Assembly: GCF_006345805.1 (NCBI RefSeq)
Contig: NC_042999.1
Location: forward strand, 146,382,001-146,446,000
Length of the DNA stretch: 64,000 bases
Source of the DNA: Octopus sinensis
Taxonomy: Eukaryota
Direction of reading: 5' to 3'
The first letter of the stretch is position 1, and each line of letters opens with the position of its first letter. A program made the position numbers and the translations under genes. The notes under the pieces were generated by a model. The model searched no databases and was not told where the DNA came from. It worked only from the letters and a program-made list of their open reading frames with translations. Below are positions 12,178 to 25,620 of the stretch, in pieces.

Positions 12178-12537
12178 GTAGTTGTAGTAGTAGGAGGAGT
12201 ACATTTCAAATACTCGGGTTGACGTAATCTCCCCGCAAAATAGCGGACGCTGCGCTAAAGTTAGAAATACTGCTGCTGGTGCTCCTCCTCCCCCTCCCCT
12301 CCTCTTCCTCCTCCTCCTCCTCCTCCTCCTCCTCCTCCTACTACTACACTACTACTACTACTACTACTACTACTAAAAATATAATAATAATAATAAAAAA
12401 TGATAATAATAATAATAATCATCATCATCATTTATTATTATTATTGAGTGAGAGAGCAGTGCATTATTATTATTATTATTATTATTATTGTTGTGTTGTT
12501 GTTGTTGTTATTATTATTATTGTTGTTGTTGTTGTTG

Positions 12538-12618
<81 letters not shown>

Positions 12619-15032
12619 TGATCTAGACACCAAAGTGAAGATAGTTCTAAACTTACATGCGAAATTGATAGATTACATTAATGGACTGTAGCTTGTTGAA
12701 GCTAATTATTATGTTTTTAATTCATACTTTATCGGATAGTTAATATAGTATTTTGATCTTGAATTAACGAGGTTGTTTCACGTACTATTAGTTTTCAACC
12801 AGAGACTATTAATATTGTAATCTGCAGTAGGTTGGAACATTAAAATATGGATTTATTGTTTTTGATTTATTTTTACATCATTAATCACCACGTTCTTTCG
12901 GATATGTATTTTTGAAAAAAATCTTTTTTTTTCCTTTTATGTTCCTATATCTTATGTGACAGCAAACACATTTTTAAAAAATGGAGATTGTTTTCCATTT
13001 TTATGTATAGCTTTTCCATTATTGAAGGATCGATCGGTTGTGTTTTTAAACATTCATTCCACAGTTTTCACATTAATGCGGTGGAAGGGCATTCAATAGA
13101 TGCTAATTAATGTGGTTGTTGAAATATTTCATGGAGAGCTATTTCTATTTGATCTTTAAGTTCTATTGCCTCCGTCTAACTACTCACTGCAACTCATTTT
13201 TTTTGTCCCCTTTTTCTTTTATTTTTGTGTGTGTTAGCCATGTATGTGTTCAAACTTTTTCTCAAATGTCGGTGATTTATTGGTTCGGTGGCTAACAGCA
13301 GTTTAGATGACATTTAGCAGACGAGAGTCGAATCTCTCCGAATAAAATACAAACCACATTTTAAATGATTTAATAGTTGACAAAGAGAAATGGAGGTAGC
13401 TTTAATTGTATAGTGGCTGCTGTAACGGTTTCGAGTAGATATAATTATTGTTATTGTTGTCGTCGTTGTTGTTTAAACACAAGTCAATAATGATCGAACA
13501 GACATATATTGAAATACATGTTATCATTTCGTTTTATATCTATCTTTCGTTTTATATCTATCAAGAATTATCGTATCCAGTGTGACTTTCTGCCCTTAAG
13601 ATAGTAAAGTGGGATTTGCGGAAAATTTAGGAACTATTCCTAGCAGGCTGAGCAATCATACTAATGCATCTTATCGTAGATTCGTAGCTGTAGTTGTTGT
13701 TTAATGCTAGGTCAAACCTCTACGAGAAGACCTTTGATCAAAGGCATTTAAGCCATGACCATCTCGTCTTTTATGGATAAGTGAACCTACTTGCAAAGAG
13801 AGAGTGTAAGAGAGAGAGAAAGAAGGGGCACAGAGAGACAGAGAGAGAAATGGTCTTAAAATGCGCAGAACGCGCCGTATGTCACGACTATGTCCCTACA
13901 ACTTAAAGTCACACGGCCGTGACATACTGGTGACTAGCGCAATGTAATGGTGGCTGTAAGTTGAGGGAAATTAGGCTAGCAGGTCGAGTGACGATCTCGC
14001 TTTTATCAATTCATGACCGAATTGATTTAGTATGTTGGTGGCATAGCGATAACTATAACGAATTTGTAAAAACTGAAGTTAATTAGCGTAGTGGTAATTT
14101 TACTGAATAGGAAACTACAGGAGCAGAGATCGATCTACGGCTGAGATAAATGTTGGGCTATAAAAGTTGAGGTAATTGGTTCAATATGACCGAAACATAT
14201 TCAGAGTTTCATCAACCTTATCGAAAATCATACACACTCTTCACTATAAGTCACTTATAAAACTTTTACAGTTTGAGTTTCCAAATGGTCTCCCTTGTCA
14301 TTAGCAAGAATTTTCATTAACGCTAACAATTATCTCCCCTTTAATTACGAATTCAGCTGCCGAATTGTTTTAGTATCTATATCTATCGCGGAAATTACGA
14401 CCATTCCAGAATTCTAGGATGAATTATGCACGAAAGTAACAGAAACAGTCCTGTCATTGTAATTTTTAAAATCGTATATCTTTAATAATCGATTTACTCA
14501 TGGTTTATTAAAATCTCAACTATATAGGGGATAAATAGCAAAAATAATCTTTATAATAATCAAGAAGCATTTATATGGGAAATTAGACACGTCAGAGTCC
14601 TATGTATCACTTTCCAGCTTGTTTGTGGCAACTTACCATGCATACACACATGGGATTGTGTATGTGTTCTGATATGTATGATTAAGCTATATATGAGTAA
14701 AGAGCTGGTACGTGAATAGAGATGAAGATAGCAGAATAGATAAAGAGACAGCCATGAAGGAGAAAAAAGAGAGAGATAGAGACGGGGAAAGAGAGAGAGA
14801 GAGATTGAGAGTTTGATGGAAAGAGAGTAATGTCGAGTGTTTAGGATGCGTGTAAGAGATGTTCTGGACAATAAATTTCCCCAAAATTCTATATTCATTA
14901 ATTAGAGTTTTATACATTTGCAAAAATGCCAGAGCCTATTCCATTAAGACGATGGGTGGTATTTATTAACCACACTTATCGAACCGCCTGCCATTTAGCC
15001 TTCTTTTCGAAACATATGCCTAAATCATTGTA

Positions 15033-15081
<49 letters not shown>

Positions 15082-15116
15082 CCTCTCTTTCCGCCTCTCT
15101 CTCTATATATATACAC

Positions 15117-15229
<113 letters not shown>

Positions 15230-15308
15230 TTATATATATACATGTATATATATATACATACATATACTTATACATACATGAATACATAAATGAGTATGTC
15301 TGTATGTA

Positions 15309-15359
<51 letters not shown>

Positions 15360-15682
15360 TTCTTTCTCTCTATATATGCATATATTCGTATGTGTGTGTG
15401 AGTATGCTGCCATATTTTAAGAGTTTGCACAACTTAATAAAAATATAATGCAGTGCAAAATATCGGTGGCACTCAGCTAGAATAAAATTAATTTGCAATA
15501 TAAAAAGAATCGTATCATGACTTCCTTTTTTTCGCATCAGATCGCCTGTATTTCATTTTGGCGGTAGTAAAGACAAGCATCAGGTGTCACGATCAGTTTG
15601 TGATTATATTTATTTCATATTATATTCAGTTCAAACTCAATTATTCCTAGTCTATAACACTCTTTCTCTATACACACACACA

Positions 15683-15713
<31 letters not shown>

Positions 15714-16130
15714 CACAACAAACACACACACACACATACACACACACACACACACACACATACACACACACACGTGTGTGTGTATATGTGTGTGAGGTTT
15801 GTTCTCAGCGCATTGATACCAGATTTCATAGGCATTTATATCCTACACAAACCAAGATGCAAACATAACATTATGTAGGGATGTCGTATTTGGAGGGGTA
15901 TATAACAAGGATGGACATGACATTGACACCACTCATAGGAGAATGTGAGTCGGAATATTCAGCCAACTTTGATTTATTATTACATTAAGCACCAAACTAA
16001 AATTCGGTAAGTGAATTTACATTGCCACGAGTATTATTCATTCTTTTAGCTGGATGATGAGAGCACTTTTAAGTAAGATCCCATTCAAATCCCGATACAC
16101 AAAGGACATGCATTCGTTCCAATATTGGCA

Positions 16131-16190
16131 GAAATATACACCCACTCACTGAAATATACGCCTACTCACTGAAATATACGCCTACTCACT
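16131..16190. repeat. Three tandem 20-bp units
   Basis: (GAAATATACGCCTACTCACT)x3; the first unit has two mismatches. Confidence 0.85.
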
Positions 16191-17282
16191 TCTGGAACCA
16201 GAAGATAAGATAAATAATCCTATAATCGGTTGAAGCATTGGCATGAAGGCAAAGGAATACAACGGGTGACGTAAGAAGCGCAGTTTATACACGATTGAAA
16301 ATTTGAAGTTGTAAAGCTCTGCTAACACTTTAGACAAAAGAAAAGAAGACATCTCCTCATGAAAATATTAATGCTATAATCTTTGACACCCAACCCTATC
16401 CCGAACATAATTCAGTTGCAGTTTGCTGAACTTCTAGTTTCCTTCTCGAATCCCGCAACCAATTCTATCCAAATTTTCCCCATTCAACATTCCTTTCATA
16501 CCTTTCCTTTACCTCAGACACAGCAGATCAACCCAGTCACTTTACCAGCTCTCATCTCTTTCTTTCCCGCCCCTCCAAATTCTTCCTTTTCCTTTACCAT
16601 CTCCATTCACCTCCTCTACAATATACTTAAACTTTCAGTTATATTCCATAGGATACCACTGAAAAGCCGCTCGTAGAAGTCAAGATTCAGCAATGGATCA
16701 TACGTATACAAATTACTAACTGTCACAAAGACTAATCGATGCATCAAGAGAATTACCTTACAAAAAACATTACCACAGTACAGCCCACTATCTACAGACC
16801 AACTTAAAAACTAACAAAGGAGTTTTGAAGAATAGCTGCACACACCTTCAAGACTACATCATTTTGACCTTAACGCTTCTTGATACCTTTCATGCCATGT
16901 TCCTCCAAATAGATTTCCACAATATTTAATAATGCTAGACTAAAGTTTCAATGAATAAGGTACTGAACTATGTGAGAGAACATTTCCAGGATGCAGTTTA
17001 GAATGTCTATGTGTAAAATAACATTGTTCCAGACGTGAGAGATTGAGTATAGCCTTCGCCTGAGATTTGTGAAGTATCAATGACTGTATCTTCTGGTTCT
17101 AAAAGGAGGGACCAATCGATGGGATGCTACCCTAGCAATGTTAATGATACGCTCTCATTATAAGAGATTCTTGGAGATAATATTATCCGATAATTGCAAC
17201 AATCGTGATGGTTTTTAATTTCGTAATTAAGAAATGTAGTGTGATGATGTGAACTGCATTTATATAATAAAGAAAAACATAC

Positions 17283-17570
17283 CCACTATTTTCTGTCTTT
17301 TAGGAAGAATTGTCACGGCACTTTCTGCAACACTTTCTTGTTCAAATACTGGATGAATCTTGGCACCCCAACTATCACTGGCCAAGAACGATAATTCCGA
17401 TGTTCTGTTGCTTTTCTTCAACGCTCGCAAAATACCACGACTGTTGTCTTCGTTTACAAACATCACAACCACTCGGGAATTTGCAACACCAAGTAAGTCT
17501 TTGACCAAATTATCAAACTTCTCTTCGTTCACACTGCGTGGAATCTTTAACGATCGAGCAATACAGACAC
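17283..17570 (-). CDS. GRM: Internal coding exon of a metabotropic glutamate receptor (Venus-flytrap domain; group III / insect mXR-like)
   Basis: Translates GVCIARSLKIPR...VVVMFVNEDN...LASDSWGAKIHPVFEQESVAESAVTILPKRQKIVG, collinear with vertebrate group III mGluRs as I recall them (GVCIAQS.KIPR...MFANEDD...GSDSWGSKIAPV...AEGAVTILPKR). Acceptor ttcttgtAG at 17572-17571 and donor GTatgt at 17282-17281; 288 nt, phase 1-1. Family-level symbol only; the orthologue is not resolved. Confidence 0.93.
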
Positions 17571-17943
17571 CTACAAGAATGAAAAAATAGAAAAAGGTTA
17601 AACAAAATAGCACTTGGAATAGAGTCACAAAAAAAATGCTGAAATGACATAAATTTACATTTGAATATGCAAGACATATTCAAATATTATCAAGATTAGT
17701 CTCTAAGTGATAATAAATTGTTACATAATGGCTTTCTATATACGAATCACGTGACAGCAATAAACCTCCAAGTCGAATAAGCATCACTCACTTGAAAGCA
17801 TTGATTTCATGTTATTGATAGTTGTTAGTTCTATGTCACCTCTGATCGTTTTGGCTTGTGATCGAACACACTTCAACCGCGACCAACCTGTTTTATTTTG
17901 TACATATATGAATACATGATCCACTGTACCCTTCTTTGTTAAT

Positions 17944-18224
17944 CAGCACAGTGTGATTGGAGGAAGATTTCGATGTTATTTCTAATAATTCTATCAACAA
18001 TATCAACATACATATATTCTACGTTGGTGTTATTGTCTTCACCAAACCTGTACCACAGACTGACTAATTCTTTCTGCCATGGAAACAAAGTGAAGTAAAA
18101 GATCTGCTGCCACACAACAGGTTTTGTGAAGCAAATAACATCAACGTAGATTATCACTATGCTGATATTGTTGATAGAACTATTACAAATAACATCCAAA
18201 TCTCCCACTAATCACACTGTGCTG
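17944..18224. mobile_element. Fold-back MITE-like element (108-bp imperfect arms, 65-bp spacer)
   Basis: 17944-18051 is the reverse complement of 18117-18224 with scattered mismatches. Termini CAGCACAG...CTGTGCTG followed by TA. Confidence 0.7.
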
Positions 18225-18556
18225 TATATATGTGCATATGTTGTGTGTGTGTGTGTGTGCGTGTGTGTGTGTGTGTGTGCGTGCGTGTTTGTGTGTGTGC
18301 GTATATATATATATATATATATATATATAACACACATATAATACAAAATGAGACAAGAACGTAGGACATCCGGATAACTATGTGACGCAAAAAGGGAACC
18401 AAAAACTCCAGATAGACGATACAAAATTAAAAAGGACGGGTCATTCGAAGCTTCCTATCCTCAGTCAAGACCCGGATCATCCTCGCAATTTCGGCTGATT
18501 AATCTTGAGATTGCTCCAATAGGGGCTGGCCAGATTGGAGCGTTCATGTCCCATTT

Positions 18557-18600
<44 letters not shown>

Positions 18601-18815
18601 TGTCCGAAGTCAGGACGCCATGATAAATCGTTAGCTACTCTAATTGTTTTTCTCCTTGTTTTTTTTCTGTGTATCTTTCTGTCGAAGAGCGTAGGCTCAA
18701 AACGTAAAATACTTTTTCTATTCCTGAGCGCTATACTAATACATTTGTTTGTTTGTTCTCCACCTGCCTTCGTTTTTAGTTTATTTTCGTAAACTTTCCC
18801 TTTATATATATATAC

Positions 18816-18963
<148 letters not shown>

Positions 18964-19106
18964 CGGCGTACGTACACTTTGTTCTCTTATATGTAAGTAT
19001 ATATATATATATCATCAATTCAAATAAGCGTATAATGTAAGAAAGTTAACAGGCAACAAGAGGACCTGAACAAAGATTGTATTGGCTTGACGCTCGGCAA
19101 AAAGAG

Positions 19107-19139
19107 TTTGACGTTTCGAGCGTAGCTCTTCGTCAGCAA
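19107..19139 (-). ncRNA. Minimal hammerhead-like motif (related copies at 2398-2430, 18676-18709, 43031-43064)
   Basis: CTGACGA-A-GAGC(TAC)GCTC-GAAA-CGT-C; palindromic ACGT stem III; weak stem I. Confidence 0.5.
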
Positions 19140-19567
19140 GGAGAAAGGGAAGAGTCCAAAGAAGGAAAAGAAATCGCCAATAGCACGTGTGTAGTATGTA
19201 TATATGTATATATATGTGTGTGTGTGCGTGTTGTATGTGTTTGTGTATTTATGTATATATATAGACGTATGCAAAATCATGTGAATTTATATATAATATG
19301 TATACAATATATTCAAATATATAAGCACACACACACATCTATATATTCCCAATAAACTAGGTTAACTGTGGAACTTAGTGTACTACTCTCGAATACAATG
19401 CAAAGTCAGTAGGTGACTTGAACTGTGATTTAAACAATACTTAGTTCAATACCATATTCACTAGGGCATGGTACTTCTATCTATAATGAAATTTTGTCTA
19501 AAGGTTGTGAACACGTGAGAGATTTTTTCAAGTTCTGTCTTCCGTTCTCTATAAAAATATATGCGCA

Positions 19568-19667
<100 letters not shown>

Positions 19668-20266
19668 TTTTTACTCTTTTATACACCCACATATATATAG
19701 GTATATTGTTATATTTTATAAAATGCTATGCGTTCAAGGTTGATTTTTTGGTCGCAAATGTGGACTAACACGCCTACAAATACACACACACACAGATACA
19801 CACACTCGTTCGTAAGATAATGTGTGTGTGTGTGCGCGTGTATATATATATATATGTATGTATTCGTAAGATACATACGCATACGAACACACACATACAA
19901 ATATACATTTATATGTATATATAGATATAGATATATATGTATGTTTATATATATATGCGTACATATATATACATATTTACATACACCCACGCGTATATTC
20001 ACACACACTCACACACACACGAACACACGCATACACACACACACATACATATACATACACCTCCACGAACCTACATACGCAAATATATTGTTGTCTTTAG
20101 TTTTACGGTAGACTGCTTCAGCTAATCACCGTGCGAATCGAAATAGCGTAGGTCAAGCGAGATACTTTTTAATGAAGTCGTTATAATATTGGAAAGCAAA
20201 AAGAAAATTTAAGCAACAATTTAGATACAATTTAGATATGTTCGGGTGGCTGTAATATTACCACCG

Positions 20267-20643
20267 CACTCCGTCGGTTACGACGACGAGGGTTCCAGTT
20301 GATCCGATGAACGGAACAGTCTGTTCGTGAAATTAACGTCAACTTGCAAGTGGTTGAGCACTCCACAGACAAGTGTACCCTTAACGTAGTTCTCTGGGAG
20401 ATTCAGCGTGACACAGGGTGTGACATGGCTGGCCCTTTGAAATACAGGTACAACAGAAACAGGAAGAAAGAGGGAGAGAAAGTTGTGTTGAAAGAGTACA
20501 GCAGGGTTCGCCTCCACCCCCTGTCTGAGTATCGTGGAGCTTTAAGTGTTTTCGCTCAATAAACACTCACAACGCCCGGTCTGGGAATCAAAACCGCGAT
20601 CCTGTGACCGCGAGTCCGTTGCCCTAACCACTGGGCCATTGCA
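20267..20643 (-). mobile_element. tRNA-derived SINE family C
   Basis: Head TGGCCCAGTGGTTAGGGC...GGTTTTGATTCCCAGACC. The body is repeated at 54800-55020. Confidence 0.78.
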
Positions 20644-21176
20644 CTTCCACGTCTGGAATATACATACATACATAGACGAACGCACACACAGACACACAGA
20701 GACACACACACACTCAAATAATATAATAGGAGCAAGGCGTAGCTGTGTGTTAAGAAGCTTGCTTCCCAACCACATGGTTTCGGGTTCAGTCCCACTGCGT
20801 GACACTTTGGGCAAGTGTCCTGTCAATCAAAGACGTGTGTGTAGTTTTAGTAGAGGGAAACTGTGTCTATGTTAATGCCCCACCACACCTTAACTGCTGT
20901 TGGGACACAAGCATACACACACACAGGCACACACACATACACGCACCCGCACACACAACACACTCACTCGCACACACGCACAGACACAAACACACGCACA
21001 GGCACACAACCACACACATACGACAGTCTTCAATTTCCGCCGATCAAGTCCACTGACAAGGCTTTGATCTTCCCAAGGGTATCGTACAAGACATTTGCTT
21101 AAAGTGCCCTGCAATGTGACTGAAATTTCACTCACGTGACTGGGAAGCAAACTTCTTAACACACTGCAATGCGTGC

Positions 21177-21218
<42 letters not shown>

Positions 21219-21325
21219 ATATATTTATACACACACACACACACATATATATACATATGTATATATATAAATATTTATACATACATACACACTCAGATAT
21301 ATATATATATATATATATATGGCCG

Positions 21326-21386
21326 GATAACTGAAGAGATGGCGGCGTGGATTTCCACCTTGGCATCCGAAACTCGGTGTTTTATC
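21326..21386 (+). ncRNA. Candidate type I hammerhead ribozyme with extended stem II
   Basis: GATAA-CTGAAGA-GATG...GTGG(ATTT)CCAC...CATCC-GAAA-C(TCGGT)GT-T-TTATC; 5-bp stem I. Confidence 0.5.
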
Positions 21387-21423
21387 ATAGCTATCGAATA
21401 ATTGTCACATATTACATTTAGAG

Positions 21424-21483
<60 letters not shown>

Positions 21484-21487
<4 letters not shown>

Positions 21488-22385
21488 TCATTAAGAAGGC
21501 TAATAATGTAATAGAAACAGACATATATTATAAACCTACAGATTCTAAGCAATATCTTCCATTCAATTCATGCCGCCCCAGACACACCAGGATGAATATC
21601 ACCTTCAATCTAGCAAAAAGGATATGCACTATAGTTTCTAATGCAAACACCAAAGACACACGACTACAAGAACTAAAAGATACCCTTATCACCAGGAACT
21701 ACCCACCTTCACTTATTGACATGTGCATTCAACGTGCCCTTCAACCTAACATCAAGGAACTGAGACATCCCAAATCAAAGAAAAACTTACGACCAAAAGC
21801 CTTACCATACATCTCCACACACAACCCTCTCAATAATGAAGCCTTCGGCACCATCCTCCACAACATACCCCTCCTAAAAAAAGACCACAGAATGAACACA
21901 ATCCTCCAAACACACACGATCATAAAAAGCAAGAGACAGCCTAAATCTATGAAAAGTCTCTTAACACAAGCCCGAATACACTCTTCAACACAGAAGCCGA
22001 CAGTAAAAAAATGTGGAAGACCCAATTGCGGGATATGCGATTATCTAATTGAGGGATCAGAGTTCTCCTTCAAACAGGGACAACGGTTTACAGTGAAAAG
22101 CAACTTCACATGTGCTTCGGAGAGCCTAATATACTCACTAACCTGCTCCGGGTGTCAAGAGCAGTACGTAGGCCAAACAAAAAATAGTTTGCGTAAAAGA
22201 ATGGCCCTGCACAGATCCCAGATAAATATTCCCCAAAACAGAAAAATAGCTTTCAGCCAACACATAGATACTTAACGGGACTACGACAAACGATTAATAT
22301 ACCTCAACTTTAGAATAAAAGAAATACACACACACATATTACAATCCAAAGAATCCATTACAAATCAGCCCCAATCACAGCTATA
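21484..22385 (+). mobile_element. 5'-truncated Penelope-like element (RT thumb + Cys linker + GIY-YIG endonuclease), probably Neptune-like
   Basis: Frame open 21481-22275: TDIYYKPTDSKQYL...LAKRIC (PLE thumb), CGRPNCGIC linker, LIYSLTCSGCQEQYVGQT...RMALH (GIY-YIG). Begins directly at a (TA)n tract. Confidence 0.85.
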
Positions 22386-23736
22386 ATCCATAACGTGCCA
22401 ACTTCAAGTCATACAACACCTCACTACTTTCACCCATTCATATTCTCCCTTCTCTTTTTTCTTCTGCTTCCTCTTCTTCTTCATCATCATCATTATCATC
22501 ATCATTGTCGTCATCATCATCACCATCATCATCATCTTCTTCTTCTCCTTCTCCTTCTTCTTCTTCATCATCATCATCATCATCAACATCGTCATCTTCT
22601 TCTTCTTCTTCTTCTTCTTCTTCTTCTTCTTCTTCTTCTTCTTCTTCTTCTCCACCTTCTACCTCTTAACTTTATCACTAATGCTTTTTAGTATAACACC
22701 TATGCAAATTCCATAAACAAACCTTTCAATAGAAATATTCTCCTGAATTGAACTGCAACTGCTAGCCGCCACTGACCATTCAAAATACGATCATCAAGGC
22801 ACTCCCAAATTTTTCCACCCCCTCTCTTCATCAACCTTCTTCTTCTTCTACCCTACCAAGAATTCACAACGGCCTCGTGGGTTGTGGTTTTGATTGTTTA
22901 AGCAGTTGTAGCCGAGGAAGGAGACGACGACGACGACGACGACGACGACGAAGAAGAAGAAGAAGAAGAAGAAGAAGAAGAAGAAGAAGAAGAAGAAGAA
23001 GAAGAAGAAGAAGAAGAAGAAGAAGAAGACGACGACGTTTTACTTAATCTTTCCACAATTTAATTGTTTTTCATGCTTTAATCTAAGTTGAAGAAGTGGC
23101 AAAGTCTGAAACCGGTACTAAAATATTCTTCATGATAAAATTGTTTTAGCATTTTCTACCTTGTCCTATTTTCCTTATATATATATATGCGTGTATATGT
23201 GTACTGCCGTAATATTGGTTCCCACCACCTCAGGTGCATAATGAGAGGCAATAGAAACACGATAATGGCTAATGAACCTAATAATGTAATTTTAAATTAT
23301 GATAGGCCAGCTGCCAAACAAGTCAGGGAATTGTTTTCAATATACATCCCCAATGAAATGGCTTGGAATTACGATAATTGTTAAACGATACTTGAATTAT
23401 AAAGGCCCATTGAGTAATCATAAAGTAAAAAGATATAACTAACTTTGGTCATACTCCTTACGGACAAAACAAGAGCAACCTAAGACTTGTCTTGATATTT
23501 CTTTGCATGACGTCTCTCTCTATCTCTATCTCCTCCCCCCGCACGCACACACAGACAGACAGACACACACACACACACACGCACACACGTGTTTATTATG
23601 TCAGAACGCACAGAAATATGCCAACATGAAACGTGTAAAGAATACGTACTGTATCCGCTGTCTTATTCTATTTACTGTAGCTTCCAAACTCTATTAACTT
23701 TAACTCCATGTTTCACACTTCTGACCTTCGGCTGTG

Positions 23737-23772
<36 letters not shown>

Positions 23773-24828
23773 CACACACACGCACACACACGCACACACA
23801 TTTTCACACACGCGCGCACATAGGTTCGTAGGTCGGAAGTGGAATGTATGGATGTATGTATTTGTGAGTGTGTGTATATGACGTATATATATATGGATGT
23901 AAATATATATATATATATATATTTACGTACACACACACACATTCACACCCCTACACACGCACACGCACACAAACATATATATGCACAGACACGCAGGTAA
24001 ACATCATACATGTCAGTGCAGAGAGGAGAGGAGGGTGGTAATTACTAGAGGGATGGTGAGAAGGAGATAAATAGATTGAGAGAACGAGAGAGAGAGAGAG
24101 AGAGGGGGGTATCTAGTGAGATCTAGGCAGTACTAGTTAGTGTATGTCTGCTAAAAAATGAAGTATGTCTATATAGATTTTCTCCACTAATGAAGCCATT
24201 TAAGTTTTGTCGTCGTTGTGTTTATCCATTTTACCCTTGGGTTATTGTTCTAACAAACAAATTGTCTGAAAGTTGCATTCTACTACATTCTGATTATGCA
24301 TTGGTAAATTTAGATGTAAACTGTAAACATTTTTGGAAAAAGTCCAAAAACAGAACCAAAAGCAGCCGACATTATTATCAATAAGAAATTATTGTATTTA
24401 TTCCTTTCCTTTGAAATATCACTGGGAACTGTTAATTGAACTTAATTTAAGCGAGTACTTTCCCCATGAATTCTTTTGTATATTTCTTATTTGAAAGTAA
24501 CGTTCTGATCTGAAGCCCTGGGGTGATGGGGAATATTGTAGCTTTCATAATGTTGAACTCTTGTTAAGAACTTCTCTCCCCGTCTGTAGCATATATCTTG
24601 AAAAGTTCAGGCAATATTGAATATACTGGTATTGTTTAATCAGGGAGAAAGATAAAATTTTGTGTATCCGTCAACCTTGAAGCGAACTGCACGAATTTAT
24701 TTTATACATTTGCAATATTAAAATATAGAATGTGTTTGGCTGTGGGACACCAGGTAGAAACATAGAGTGATATGAACCGTTTTAGTATACGTGCATGGTA
24801 GATGGTTTCCTATTGGACTGCGTCAGTG

Positions 24829-24866
<38 letters not shown>

Positions 24867-25289
24867 GGGCAGAGAGAAAGAAAGAGAGAGCGTGAATGTG
24901 TAAATGGACACATATATGCCCTGTGTAAAGAAATTATTTTATGTCAATGCTCATGATACAAAAATAAACAGTAGAGGTGTGTACCCTATTGATGGCATTG
25001 TTTTATGTACAACGCCAAAAAGATAAATTGCTTGTTCACTAAGCAGAAAAGGGCTGTTATGGTAAAGGAATGATTCATTATCATATGCGTTTTCACTTGA
25101 TGTTAATTCAAGGTTTTAGCCAACTGTGAAAGCTAAGATATAAATGACGGCAACACCGCGTTAAAAAAAAAAAAAGAATAGATATTTTATTTCTAGCAAT
25201 AAAAAGTAAAAAAATTGATTGTTAAAAGTTTCAAGCGGGCATAACCCCCCCCCCCCACACCCAAAAAACCCCCCTACCATTCACTGTCT

Positions 25290-25620
25290 AATTTACTTTG
25301 GAAGAACAGATGTGTGTATCAGTTTATATTGTGCCTGATCGTAAGCTTGCTTTGTTATGATTTTGTTAGGTGTAAAGAGCTGTGTTGATGGCCTTCACAG
25401 ATACTGCCAGACTTCTGACGCTAATGTACTTGATGTTCCTTTTGAACATTTGTAAGTCTATGTCTGCTTGATTTTCTGTTCAACAAAGCAAGGTCAAGTG
25501 TCAGAGTAAAGTTGGTGCATTCACCAATTGTCGACCGACCAAGTAGTCCATCGTCCATTTCCCATTATAAGGATTCCATTATCTGCATTCGTCTTTTAGG
25601 TACTACGAATACATCTTCCT
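25290..25620 (-). mobile_element. Very degenerate R4/Dong-type CCHC-region fragment
   Basis: Frameshifted translation gives AL.NRK...RQKSG...QH...RHN...H, resembling the CCHC/RHN block. Confidence 0.35.

Noticed and set aside
20560-20800. tRNA-like sequences (also 47923-48000)
   Set aside because: A/B-box heads run into SINE bodies and lack a closed acceptor stem; not tRNA genes.
25370-25451. Plus-strand 82-nt exon-like segment with a good AG acceptor, GTAAGT donor and one open frame (GVKSCVDGLHRYCQ...)
   Set aside because: No protein similarity recognised, and the opposite strand resembles a decayed R4/Dong CCHC region. Probably chance; stranded RNA-seq would settle it.
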